DNA of 64,000 nucleotides from a virus (Duplodnaviria; Heunggongvirae; Uroviricota; Caudoviricetes): IMG/VR virus record IMGVR_UViG_3300045988_009865, positions 24,263 to 88,262 of that record; one strand, 5' to 3'. Shown piece by piece: positions 55,363 to 64,000 of this stretch (position 1 is its first letter; each line of letters starts with the position of its first letter). The notes under the pieces were generated by a model. It saw only the letters and a program-made list of their open reading frames with translations, ran no database searches and was not told where the DNA came from. The position numbers and the translations under genes were made by a program.

Positions 55363-55425
55363 GTCAATCAACGGGAGGCAATGGCCTCCCTACTAAATAA
55401 AGCCCTTAAACTAGGAGATTCTAAA

Positions 55426-55767
55426 ATGGCTTATGTAACCGTAGTAACCGATAAAGCGGATTCATCTTGGTCAACTCAAGTAAGCGATAAGATGTCACCT
55501 ATGCAGTGCCTAAAATACTTTGAGCAGTGGAATAAAGGTGAGGATGTAAGCCCCTTTCAAGTGATGCAGATTATCCATGTAGACAACGAAGGGAATAAAA
55601 CGACGCTGAATAGTGAGCACTATGTAAGCCGTTTTGAAACGAGAAGTAAAACAATGAAACTTTTACGTGAATCCGGTTACTCCCATATCGCCGCGTTAAT
55701 CTGGGATGACCTGCTAAAAAGACAGCGTATCAGCTATGTAAAACCTGAAAAAATATTCATCAGTTAA
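55426..55767 (+). CDS. small hypothetical protein (array gene 13)
   Basis: Start refined to ATG 55426; ORF-track start 55381 would translate the conserved leader. Confidence 0.45.
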   Translation: MAYVTVVTDKADSSWSTQVSDKMSPMQCLKYFEQWNKGEDVSPFQVMQIIHVDNEGNKTTLNSEHYVSRFETRSKTMKLLRESGYSHIAALIWDDLLKRQRISYVKPEKIFIS

Positions 55768-55799
55768 TCAATAACTTACAAAAAACTTTTAAAAAGATG

Positions 55800-55828
55800 T
55801 TGACAACCCCTCTTGACATTGGTAACTT
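55800..55828 (+). promoter_or_regulatory. possible promoter (TTGACA-17-TAACTT) overlapping cccctc/gagggg hairpin
   Basis: ttgaca 55800-55805. Confidence 0.35.
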
Positions 55829-55896
55829 TGTTCGAGGGGGTTTATCTAAAAGGGATTAACTTAAAAGATTCTTTATAGATAGACTTAAAAAATTGC

Positions 55897-55925
55897 TTGC
55901 AATCAGATATCAAAACAAGTAAATT
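55897..55925 (+). promoter_or_regulatory. type-2 cassette promoter (TTGCAA-17-TAAATT)
   Basis: Same leader as 53759. Confidence 0.45.
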
Positions 55926-55989
55926 ACTCATCAACGGGGAGGCAATAACCTCCCTACTAAGTAAAGTCCTTAAACTAGGAGATTCTAAA

Positions 55990-56520
55990 ATGAACAAGTT
56001 CAAAGCTATCAACTATATTCGTTCAAATAATGTAATGTCTAAGCCTGTTAAAGATACCTATGAATTTCGTTGTAATGGGGTACACTTTGCAACCATTACC
56101 AAATCAGAAAACGGGGCTTATTACGTTCATCGTCGTAATGTTGCAACCGTTGTAGTCTCTCACTTTATGCAAGCTGTCGCGGAACTTCTCCCGATGTTTT
56201 TAGGTCTTTATTTAGATGAGTGTAAAAACGTTCACAGCCACGTTAAAAACCTTTTAAATAGCTATAAAATGGCTTATGAACGTTCTATCAAGTCCTTAAA
56301 CAAGTTTTACAACGCACCTGAAAATACTGTATCAATGGCCTACGATGTAAATGGTGAGGCGGTGAGTCTCTTTGAAGTGGAAGAAATCAAGCTGCATGAT
56401 TTACGCCCTAGCGGTTACTCTAAGACTCTCGGTGAAGGTTTAACGTTCAATATCAAGAACTTAGAAAAAACTTTAAAAGATATTGAAAAAGATATTGACG
56501 AGACAATCAAAAATCTGTAA
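55990..56520 (+). CDS. hypothetical protein (array gene 14)
   Basis: Start refined to ATG 55990 after conserved leader; 176 aa. Confidence 0.45.
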   Translation: MNKFKAINYIRSNNVMSKPVKDTYEFRCNGVHFATITKSENGAYYVHRRNVATVVVSHFMQAVAELLPMFLGLYLDECKNVHSHVKNLLNSYKMAYERSIKSLNKFYNAPENTVSMAYDVNGEAVSLFEVEEIKLHDLRPSGYSKTLGEGLTFNIKNLEKTLKDIEKDIDETIKNL

Positions 56521-56523
56521 ATT
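56495..56523 (+). promoter_or_regulatory. type-2 cassette promoter (TTGACG-17-TAAATT)
   Basis: Overlaps the 3' end of the upstream gene. Confidence 0.5.
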
Positions 56524-56588
56524 GTCAATCAACGGGGAGGGAATGACCTTCCCCACTAAGTAAAGTCCTTAAACTAGGAGATTCTAAA

Positions 56589-56837
56589 ATGGCAACTATC
56601 CGCGCAACTGTCAATGCTTATGGCTGTTATACTCTGGACGTTAAATTTGATATTGGTGGAACTGATGAGTGTTTTTCATTAGTGAAGACAGTTATCAAGC
56701 AAGTTATCCCAGATTATAACCCTACTGATGACTTCTGGAAAGACGCTGTAAAAGAGGCATTAAACGACGAGCATCACTATCATTACTGGGGTGACTTGAT
56801 TATCTCACTGTACTACAATAAACAAGGTTACAACTAA
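56589..56837 (+). CDS. small hypothetical protein (array gene 15)
   Basis: 82 aa. Confidence 0.45.
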   Translation: MATIRATVNAYGCYTLDVKFDIGGTDECFSLVKTVIKQVIPDYNPTDDFWKDAVKEALNDEHHYHYWGDLIISLYYNKQGYN

Positions 56838-56876
56838 TCGACGCAACGGGGCTAAATAGCCCCAGATACCTTCACA

Positions 56877-56899
56877 GCCCCATTTAAGGGGCTTTTTTA
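56877..56899 (+). terminator. intrinsic terminator closing the small-gene array
   Basis: agcccc-attta-ggggct hairpin then tttttt. Confidence 0.65.
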
Positions 56900-58506
56900 C
56901 GTCTATGTAATAACCTCTATACAACCCTTTCCCTTTCCTTTCCAGAATCTTACTAGACCTTAAAAGCAATAACTCTATAGCTTACTCTATAACCTTTTAT
57001 CAAATCAACTTAAATAAAAGCCCATAACCCGAAAGGGAAGGGCAACCGTTTAAACGCTCTATAAAGCTCTATAACAGCCTTATCAACCTAACTTAAGGGA
57101 TTGCATTAACTCACCCTTAAAAGCCCTTTATAAAGCTTCCCAGAGCCTTAAAAGAATCTTATAAGGGTGTAAGCTTTATTATCTCGTTAGTATCTTGTGA
57201 ACTACTAAAAAGGGGCTTGTTAGTGTCTTAAAAGTATGTTATAGGGGCTATAAAGTTACTTCAAAGTTACGTAAAAGAGGCTATAAAGTTACGTAAATGC
57301 TAGCCCCCTTAACATCTTCTTAACAAATTCTTAACAAACCCTACATAGTTATGCTTTTAAGGCACTTGTTAGAGACTTGTTAGCCCCTTGTTAAATCTCT
57401 GTTAAGACCATGTAAAATCCTTGTAAGAGTCTTTGACATAGCCTTTAAAGCTTCTGTAAAGCCCTATAAAGAGCTTTCTTCATAGTTGGGGTGTAATTAC
57501 TAGGGAGAGGCTTAAAAGAGCTTACAAAGAGCTATAGAGGGCTTTTAAGAGGGCTATTTAGAGAATCACTAAGAGGGAAAGGGAACGATAAGACCAGAGA
57601 TAGTGACCATGTTAATAGCTTGTTAAAAAGATTAAACACTTGTTAGGAACTTGTTAATTATCTTAACAAAATAACTCTTAAAAATTAACTTGTTAGCTCT
57701 TGTTAGTCATCTGTTAAGAGACTATAAAGACCATGTATCGACTGTTAAGAACTTGTTACAGCCTTGTTAGTTCTGTTAAGAGTCTGTTAAGACCTCTGAA
57801 GAGATGTTAAGAGAATGTAATAGCTGTTAAGAGATTGTTAATGATATTTTAAAATTCTGCAAAGGGGATGTTACAGGGATGTTAAGGGCTACCAAGCAGA
57901 TATACATCTTCTACAGATATTTTTGAGTTCCTTCAAAGACCCTAAAAAATGACTTGATAGTCCTATTTTATAAAAATTTTAAAATTCTGAATAATTACCT
58001 AGACAGTCTTTTAAAAATACAGGCATAAACAGGCTTATAAGATACCTTGTTAATACCGTGTTAGACCTTGTGAGATAAGGTCTGTAAAGATATTCCTGTT
58101 AAGTTTGTTAAAACAGTCTATATAGAGGCTTAGTAATACCTAGTGAACACCTATAGAGGGTAACATAGCTGACATAGAGATTAAGAGGTGTATAGGAGCT
58201 TCTAAGAGAGTGTAGAGAGGTGGTTAAGGTGATTGTATAGGTTGTTAAGAAGGCTTGTTAGAAGGCTTGTTAGAAGGCTTGTTAGAAGGCTATTTAGAAG
58301 GTTTATACAGAGGGATATTAAGACCACTAGATAGATACTAAGATACTATATAGTACTATATAACTATATATAGAGAGTAAGCTTAAGAAGGTTGTTAAGA
58401 AGGGTAGATATTTTATTCACATATGATGGTGACCCAGAGGTTGGGACAACCGATAAAATTTTATAAAAATTAAAAAGCCCCCAATTAAGGAGGCTCTTAA
58501 GATATT
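56900..58506. repeat. ORF-free repeat-dense region (short words cttgttag / ctgttaag / ataaag repeated many times)
   Basis: No ORF of 60 aa or more in any frame over about 1.6 kb; convergent junction between + and - blocks. Confidence 0.7.
58238..58308. repeat. tandem array of a 12-bp unit (gaaggcttgtta), 3 perfect plus 2-3 degenerate copies
   Basis: ggcttgttagaaggcttgttagaaggcttgttagaaggctatttagaaggtttatac. Confidence 0.8.
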
Positions 58507-59100
58507 TTAAATCAGTGTTTCCAGAACTGTCTTCAGTGATGATTTGGTTGTCTGATAAAAATGAGTAAATCCATTGTTGTTATCGAATACCTGCATCATG
58601 ATATCATCTCCCTTGATTGGGTACACTCGGATATCATAGTGAAAACCGTTAAAGACACAAGAACCATTACAGAATGCTCTAAAGTCATCCACTGAGATAT
58701 ACTCTTCATGACCTGTGATTTTTATACAAACACCTTTACTCGGTCTCTTAGGGTTGATATCTTCCATCACAGACATACTCTGTCCACCAAGAGATACCAT
58801 AGTGACCACTTTACGGTTCTTCTGTCTAAAGTACATCTTAACTTTCTGCAAGGTATCTTCGTAGAACGGATAAGACCTTTCTACAAAGATTCCTTCAAGT
58901 GGCTCTTTACCATTTTCAACTTCTCTGTTATGCCGTACTGCAAAGATAATTTGTTCAAACCAGTCAAGATTTTCTTCGGAGAGTGCTTCCCGAATATCAT
59001 TCCAGTCGAGGACTAGGTAGTTGCCTTCAACTTCTTTTAAGTTATCTTTTTCCATATCTATCACACCATTATCGTAAAACTTGGTAATCTGGTACTGCAA
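58507..59100 (-). CDS. hypothetical protein
   Basis: 197 aa. Confidence 0.4.
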   Translation of the reverse strand: MQYQITKFYDNGVIDMEKDNLKEVEGNYLVLDWNDIREALSEENLDWFEQIIFAVRHNREVENGKEPLEGIFVERSYPFYEDTLQKVKMYFRQKNRKVVTMVSLGGQSMSVMEDINPKRPSKGVCIKITGHEEYISVDDFRAFCNGSCVFNGFHYDIRVYPIKGDDIMMQVFDNNNGFTHFYQTTKSSLKTVLETLI

Positions 59101-59533
59101 ACTTGTTGTTGTTGTTCTTAATGAGGTCTTCTTCTGTTACTAAAAATGTAAGACCACACAAGTGTGTATATCTGCTATCATACTCAAATATTTTAAGTAA
59201 GTATTTACCATCATGGTAAACAAATTCTACTACACCTTTTGCAACAATCTTTCCAGTCTTGAAGTCTTTAAGAGGGTATACGTTACCAACTTTAGGAACT
59301 GTTTTCATCTCAGGTTCTTTTAGTTTCTCACCAACTTCTACATCACCTAGCAAGTGAGAACTCTCAAAAGCTACATGTTGCATATAAGCCTCTGAGCATT
59401 CCCAGATAAAACAATGTACAAGAACTTTAGCTGCATGTCTTGAGCAATTCAACTTATCACAAATCTCTTTGTACATTTCATCTTTAGTTGAGTTATTAAG
59501 CATTGCTTTTTGAACGACTTCTTTAATTTTCAT
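59069..59533 (-). CDS. hypothetical protein
   Basis: 154 aa. Confidence 0.4.
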   Translation of the reverse strand: MKIKEVVQKAMLNNSTKDEMYKEICDKLNCSRHAAKVLVHCFIWECSEAYMQHVAFESSHLLGDVEVGEKLKEPEMKTVPKVGNVYPLKDFKTGKIVAKGVVEFVYHDGKYLLKIFEYDSRYTHLCGLTFLVTEEDLIKNNNNKFAVPDYQVLR

Positions 59534-59589
59534 TTCGCTACCTTCTAAGTTTCTGTAAAGGGGCTATCAAGTAACCCCTCAAGTTATTA

Positions 59590-59811
59590 CTAAGACTTTT
59601 CAGCCTTCTTATCGGATTTCTTACTAGTCTTCTTCTCAGCTTTCTGTTCAGGTTCCTTCTCAGAAGTTGCCTTGATAACCATATCAAGAAGCTCTGATAA
59701 ATCACTCTTCAGCAGAGTAACAGGTTGCTCATTGTAGAAGTTTTTGTCAAGATAAACTTTGAACTCTTCAATAGAAGGAAATCCAAAAATTGGTACAGGT
59801 GTCTTAATCAT
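59590..59811 (-). CDS. small protein with Lys-rich C-terminus
   Basis: 73 aa. Confidence 0.35.
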   Translation of the reverse strand: MIKTPVPIFGFPSIEEFKVYLDKNFYNEQPVTLLKSDLSELLDMVIKATSEKEPEQKAEKKTSKKSDKKAEKS

Positions 59812-59887
59812 TACTTAGTTTCTCCATAGGCATCTTTTAAGATTGCCTTGTTAATCATTTCAGCGATTGCAAAACGAACACATACAG

Positions 59888-60421
59888 CTATAATTGTAGG
59901 TTGCATTCCTTACTTACCTCTTCAAGTTTAACCTCAGAATCCTTAAGTCGTTTCTTATGAACTCTGAATCTCATTAGTGCGATGATGATACCAACTAAAG
60001 GGACAGCATACAAGTACCAAACATCATATACCTTTGCAGTAATCTGTGTAATGGTTAAGTCTTGAGCTATGGAACTGATTGCTGATACTGCCAGTAATGT
60101 TGCTAGGAAAAATGCCAGTACCATTACCGTACTTAAACAACCTCTGGCATGGTGTTCGTGCTTAATGCACTTATTCTTTTCGTCAACAACCCTGTTGTAG
60201 TCATTTGTAAAGTCTCTGTAGAAAGCTTTCAAGTATTCTTTATTGTAGCCTTCAAAGCAACCTGTACCGTACCAATAATCACCACCAAAATGAGCTATAA
60301 TACCAGTATCTCCGTTTGGTTTGGTTACTCTCAAAGAAGTATGATGACGAGTATCCTGATAATCTATCTTGTATCTTTCTTCGTAAATCATTTCCCAACC
60401 CCTCTCAATCGTTTGTTCCAC
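59888..60421 (-). CDS. membrane protein
   Basis: 177 aa; two hydrophobic helices in the C-terminal half. Confidence 0.4.
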   Translation of the reverse strand: MEQTIERGWEMIYEERYKIDYQDTRHHTSLRVTKPNGDTGIIAHFGGDYWYGTGCFEGYNKEYLKAFYRDFTNDYNRVVDEKNKCIKHEHHARGCLSTVMVLAFFLATLLAVSAISSIAQDLTITQITAKVYDVWYLYAVPLVGIIIALMRFRVHKKRLKDSEVKLEEVSKECNLQL

Positions 60422-60606
60422 TCAAGGTCAACAAGTCTTTGCAGGACTTTCCCTCTAGGTGTTACACCTTTTAAATCTGCATCGTAGCAACGGTAAAAGT
60501 CACCTTCAGCGTGTTTACCATAGCATTTTCTGATATTCTGACTTCTACGGTATTGTTCTAATAGAGACAGTCTGTAGTAATCTTCAACTGTAGTTAGTTT
60601 TTTCAT
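60388..60606 (-). CDS. hypothetical protein
   Basis: 72 aa. Confidence 0.3.
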   Translation of the reverse strand: MKKLTTVEDYYRLSLLEQYRRSQNIRKCYGKHAEGDFYRCYDADLKGVTPRGKVLQRLVDLEWNKRLRGVGK

Positions 60607-60690
60607 TCTTTCACCACGAATCTTCTTAAGAAACTAAAAAAGGGAACTACCTCTCGATAGCTCCCATCATAGTTAACATTGTATATTCGG

Positions 60691-61272
60691 TCAAGAGTAT
60701 TTTTTAGGCAGTAATGCGCTACGTTTGTTACTCTCTTCACTCAACAGTGCGATGAAGTCATCACCTTTGCCTTTCCACGGGCTGAATGAAGGGATATGCT
60801 CACGAATGGCTTCAATTACTGTCTTCAGTGCTGTATTTTTCATCCACCAGTCAGAATCTGCTGATGCTACAACATAGTACCCACCTTCATCAGTCAGGAT
60901 TGGCTCTGAGATACATGGTGAAATCAGAGTGGTGATAATTGAACCATTGTTCATGTAGTATGTGCGCTTCATAACCTTTTCAAGAAGCTTGTGAAGGTCA
61001 CCGAACAGTGTTACAAGTTCTTTATGGTCAATGTCTTTTTCGAGATTTGCTCGATACTTCAAAAGTGCAGCATCAACTTCTCTGTCATTAAACTTGAAGT
61101 ACTGAACTTCCTCAACAAGACAAACACTAATGTTGTTGACATTCATAGTCAACTTACAGACTTTTGCAGGAGAGTTGATGCTTGGTTGAAAAAGTGCAAC
61201 ACAACCTTCAATGTTCCCAAAATGTTGGACTAGTGTTACTTGTGGGGTAATATTCTGTTGCTCTTCGGACAT
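60691..61272 (-). CDS. hypothetical protein
   Basis: 193 aa. Confidence 0.4.
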   Translation of the reverse strand: MSEEQQNITPQVTLVQHFGNIEGCVALFQPSINSPAKVCKLTMNVNNISVCLVEEVQYFKFNDREVDAALLKYRANLEKDIDHKELVTLFGDLHKLLEKVMKRTYYMNNGSIITTLISPCISEPILTDEGGYYVVASADSDWWMKNTALKTVIEAIREHIPSFSPWKGKGDDFIALLSEESNKRSALLPKKYS

Positions 61273-61616
61273 TACAGTTTCCTCATTAAATACTTTTTAA
61301 GTTGTGTGTTAGGTTTCTCAAAAACTTCTATAGAAGATATCTTAACAGATTCACCACGCATACCTGTATGTTTGAAAATATAGTATTCTAACATCCCTAT
61401 ACACTTTGCTGGTAAGTCATGTTTGACATACACCGTTACAGAATCTTCAAATTCAACAACCTTTGTACCATCTTTGTAGTTAAACTCTTTAGGATGGTTG
61501 TAGTTGTCGATGTCGTACATTAAAAAGAGTCTTTTCCGTTGCATATCAATCTTATTGGTTAAAGACTCTTTGATATCTGAGAAGTTTTTGTACACTGTGA
61601 CATGGAGCTTACTCAT
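61272..61616 (-). CDS. hypothetical protein
   Basis: 114 aa. Confidence 0.4.
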   Translation of the reverse strand: MSKLHVTVYKNFSDIKESLTNKIDMQRKRLFLMYDIDNYNHPKEFNYKDGTKVVEFEDSVTVYVKHDLPAKCIGMLEYYIFKHTGMRGESVKISSIEVFEKPNTQLKKYLMRKL

Positions 61617-61902
61617 CGTTAAACTCTCTGACGAAGAAATAGTTGACTTTGTTATTACCTACCATAAGGTCAAAGCAGGTATTCTCAAAAGGTTTGTTGT
61701 AGGCATCATATGACGTGTACGTGTCAGCTACTTGTTTGGTATTGAGCTTTTTACTTGATGGGTTTAAGAGGCCACCATACAGTTTCTTGATAGCCTCTTC
61801 TACAACAGACCAGATAATTTCGTCAGTAATTTCTTCGTACAGGTCAAGTTCACGCTCTAGTGAGAAGTCACAAATAGGGAAAATAACCTGTACTTTACTC
61901 AT
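61609..61902 (-). CDS. hypothetical protein
   Basis: 97 aa. Confidence 0.4.
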   Translation of the reverse strand: MSKVQVIFPICDFSLERELDLYEEITDEIIWSVVEEAIKKLYGGLLNPSSKKLNTKQVADTYTSYDAYNKPFENTCFDLMVGNNKVNYFFVREFNDE

Positions 61903-62297
61903 TAGCGAATGACCTGTGTTACCTGAATAGCTTCAGTTACTGACAAATCACCAACTGTTTCTTCTTTGACGAAGGTGAAGGTAAGCTCAACAGGCTCTTG
62001 TTCTTCCTGCTCAACCGGAATACCGTTAAGCTCATCAAAGATTGATTGAGTTGTCCAGTCTTCTCCACCATCTGGGTAGTGGATTGCGTAAAGTGGAAAC
62101 TCTAAATTATACCAAGCAAAAACAGGGCAACCATCTGCATCATCTCGACATCTGTGGAGATATGTGTTTGTACCTTCAAAATGCAAATGGAGATTACCAT
62201 TCTTCTCAAATAGAAGAGCATCTTGCAGGTCTAGTTCCTCATTTTCGCTGTAACGGCTGACATCAACCTTAACATGGATATGACTGTTATTATTCAT
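61902..62297 (-). CDS. hypothetical protein
   Basis: 131 aa. Confidence 0.4.
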   Translation of the reverse strand: MNNNSHIHVKVDVSRYSENEELDLQDALLFEKNGNLHLHFEGTNTYLHRCRDDADGCPVFAWYNLEFPLYAIHYPDGGEDWTTQSIFDELNGIPVEQEEQEPVELTFTFVKEETVGDLSVTEAIQVTQVIR

Positions 62298-62688
62298 AAA
62301 AACCTCTCTCTGCTTGTTCGATTTTTGCTCTTAAAATTTCGCAATGTTGTAAATGGTAGTTAGCTTCTTGTTCATGTGTTGCTAACTGCCTTTCAAGAAC
62401 AGTTTTATAATAACCTGCAAGTTGCTCTTTTGTCAACGGGTGTTCTGAAATAATATCAAGTCCACTTTCGCCAAGAGGGTTGAATTGTCCATGCTCATTG
62501 ACATTGTAAGTCTCAAACTTGAACAGGCCATTGTTCACAGACTCAATAGGTGACAGTTCAACAAGCTCTACAGTAAACCGTGTATACACCTTGTCGCCTC
62601 TTGAAACCACATTGTTTCCGACAATGCGTACAAGCGAACCATTACGAGTGTACTTAAAAGTCCCAAAGTCACTAGCCCAAAGCTTCAT
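62290..62688 (-). CDS. hypothetical protein
   Basis: 132 aa. Confidence 0.4.
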   Translation of the reverse strand: MKLWASDFGTFKYTRNGSLVRIVGNNVVSRGDKVYTRFTVELVELSPIESVNNGLFKFETYNVNEHGQFNPLGESGLDIISEHPLTKEQLAGYYKTVLERQLATHEQEANYHLQHCEILRAKIEQAERGFYE

Positions 62689-62701
62689 AGTTTTCTCCTT
62701 A

Positions 62702-62729
62702 GAAAATAAAAAAGGCTCCCGAAGGAGCC
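62702..62729 (-). terminator. intrinsic terminator downstream of endolysin gene
   Basis: ggctcc-cgaa-ggagcc hairpin; minus strand reads hairpin then tttttatttt. Confidence 0.65.
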
Positions 62730-62739
62730 TATGAAGATA

Positions 62740-63204
62740 TTACTTTGGATATACACTGTCAAGATAAATGTCAGCTTCCATCCTACGTCTGTTTTTAAGA
62801 CCGTTTGAAGTGACCTTCTTACCTTTGACTGTAACCTTGTTCCACCACTGCATAGCTTCTGCACAACCTACCTTATTACCAGCATTGTGGCGCTTGATAA
62901 ATGTAGAATCCTGCATAGCTGTGATACCGATGTTGTATGTTTCACTTACAAGTGCATCGAACTCGTTCTGAGAAGTTGGAACCTTGATAGCTTTATTCAC
63001 TGCTGCAACGAACTTCTCAACATCTGCAAGAAGATACTGTTCAGCTTGTTCAGCAGTAATTTTCATACCCATCTTAACAGGTTTTCCGTCAATACGGATT
63101 GTACCATACCCGATTGTCGGGATTCCGGCAGAATCTTCGTAAGCCTCTAACTTCAGACCTTCAAAGAACTTAATAGCTTCTAAACCTTTTCTTGAGAGTT
63201 GCAT
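62740..63204 (-). CDS. endolysin, T4 e-type lysozyme (GH24)
   Basis: 154 aa; LEAIKFFEGLKLEAYEDSAGIPTIGYGT catalytic-region signature. Confidence 0.85.
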   Translation of the reverse strand: MQLSRKGLEAIKFFEGLKLEAYEDSAGIPTIGYGTIRIDGKPVKMGMKITAEQAEQYLLADVEKFVAAVNKAIKVPTSQNEFDALVSETYNIGITAMQDSTFIKRHNAGNKVGCAEAMQWWNKVTVKGKKVTSNGLKNRRRMEADIYLDSVYPK

Positions 63205-64000
63205 TATGCCTCCCCTGCTGGGTTAACTGTAACTGTTGCCGCATTAGATGTTACAGAGCCACCTGCACCAGTAACTACACAAGTGTAGCTTCCTGCATCA
63301 GCAGCAGTTGCACCTTCTTTGGTGTAAGTTGCAGCAGTTGCGTCTGGGATGACTTCCTCACCTTTCTTCCACTGGTAACCTGTTGCACCAGTTGCCACAA
63401 CATTCAGCGTTAAGGTCTCACCTTCAGTGATTTCTTGATTTGCTGGTTGCTGAGTGATAACTGGCAAAGCCTTTACCGTGATAGTTGCAGGGTTAGAAGT
63501 AACAGAACCACCAGCACCAGTCACAACACATGTGTAAGAACCTGCATCTGCTGGAAGCGCACCAGATTTACTGTAGTTAGCCTTCGTAGCTGAAGGGATG
63601 TTAGAACCATCTTTCTTCCATTGGTAACCAGTTGCACCTGTTGCAGTCACTGCTAAGTTGATGTTCCCACCTTCATTTATGGTCTGACTAGAAGGTTGTT
63701 TGGTAATCACTGGTAAGGCGTTCACAGTAACTGTTGCTGCGTCTGAGGTAACACTTGTTCCAGCCTCTCCAGATACAACACAAGTGTATGAACCAGCGTC
63801 AGAAGGTACTACAGATTGTTTTGTATAGGTTGCAGATGTGGCACTGGAGATATTCTCGCCATCCTTCTTCCATTGATACCCAGTGGCATTAGTTGCGAGA
63901 ACACTTAGGGTAAGTGCTCCACCTTCATTGACTGTTTGGTTTGTCGGTTGCTGAGTGATAACTGGCAAAGCCTTTACCGTGATAGTTGCAGGGTTAGAAG
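63204..64000 (-). CDS. Ig-like domain repeat protein, C-terminal part (gene continues past window end)
   Basis: At least three roughly 85-aa repeats (LPVITQQP...GYQWKKDG...AGSYTCVV...TVTV); ORF-track start at 63968 is an internal TTG and the frame stays open to base 64000. Confidence 0.6.
   Translation of the reverse strand, partial: SNPATITVKALPVITQQPTNQTVNEGGALTLSVLATNATGYQWKKDGENISSATSATYTKQSVVPSDAGSYTCVVSGEAGTSVTSDAATVTVNALPVITKQPSSQTINEGGNINLAVTATGATGYQWKKDGSNIPSATKANYSKSGALPADAGSYTCVVTGAGGSVTSNPATITVKALPVITQQPANQEITEGETLTLNVVATGATGYQWKKGEEVIPDATAATYTKEGATAADAGSYTCVVTGAGGSVTSNAATVTVNPAGEA

Noticed and set aside
50731-56590. Regularly recurring conserved ~85-bp elements that superficially resemble a CRISPR repeat-spacer array
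   Set aside because: The intervening segments are 200-600 bp, variable in length, and are ORFs with RBS and start codons; the repeats contain promoter-like hexamers. This is a gene array, not CRISPR.
56900-58506. Possible tRNA gene cluster (expected in Felix O1-like phages)
   Set aside because: No 70-90 nt segment with tRNA hallmarks (GTTCRA T-loop, acceptor-stem complementarity) found by eye; the region is AT-rich short-word repeats. A tRNAscan run would be decisive.
20594-62971. Other embedded ORFs in the ORF track opposite or inside annotated genes (e.g. 20594-20809, 23410-23619, 24043-24294, 25203-25574, 27344-27547, 38961-39482, 40063-40245, 45278-45952, 46557-46781, 47142-47404, 53463-53979, 58708-59016, 60149-60487, 62768-63150)
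   Set aside because: Overlap higher-confidence genes on the other strand or frame; treated as non-coding.

Overview
AT-rich segment of a virulent tailed-phage genome with no integrase or lysogeny genes. The gene content (Mu/P2-type baseplate block, two His-rich tail-fibre genes, thyA-DHFR, DNA ligase, A-family DNA polymerase, primase-helicase, aerobic and anaerobic ribonucleotide reductases, a PRPP-synthetase-like plus NAMPT-like pair, rIIA/rIIB, GH24 endolysin) fits a Felix O1-like myovirus; this is an inference from motifs recalled by eye, not a database hit. Layout: 1-9236 (+) baseplate and tail fibres; 9273-19888 (-) nucleotide metabolism, ligase and DNA polymerase; 20116-50017 (+) replication, nucleotide metabolism, NAD+ genes, rIIA/B, spanins and a macro-domain protein; 50447-56899 (+) an array of about 15 small genes, most carrying its own conserved promoter/leader cassette; 56900-58506 an ORF-free repeat-rich region; 58507-64000 (-) small genes, endolysin and an Ig-like repeat protein. 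The most notable candidates are the Prs-like/NAMPT-like pair (a possible NARP1-type NAD+ reconstitution, anti-defence module), the cassette-driven small-gene array, and the two families of non-coding repeats. All functional calls rest on motif recognition and gene context; coordinates of small regulatory elements are +/- a few bp.
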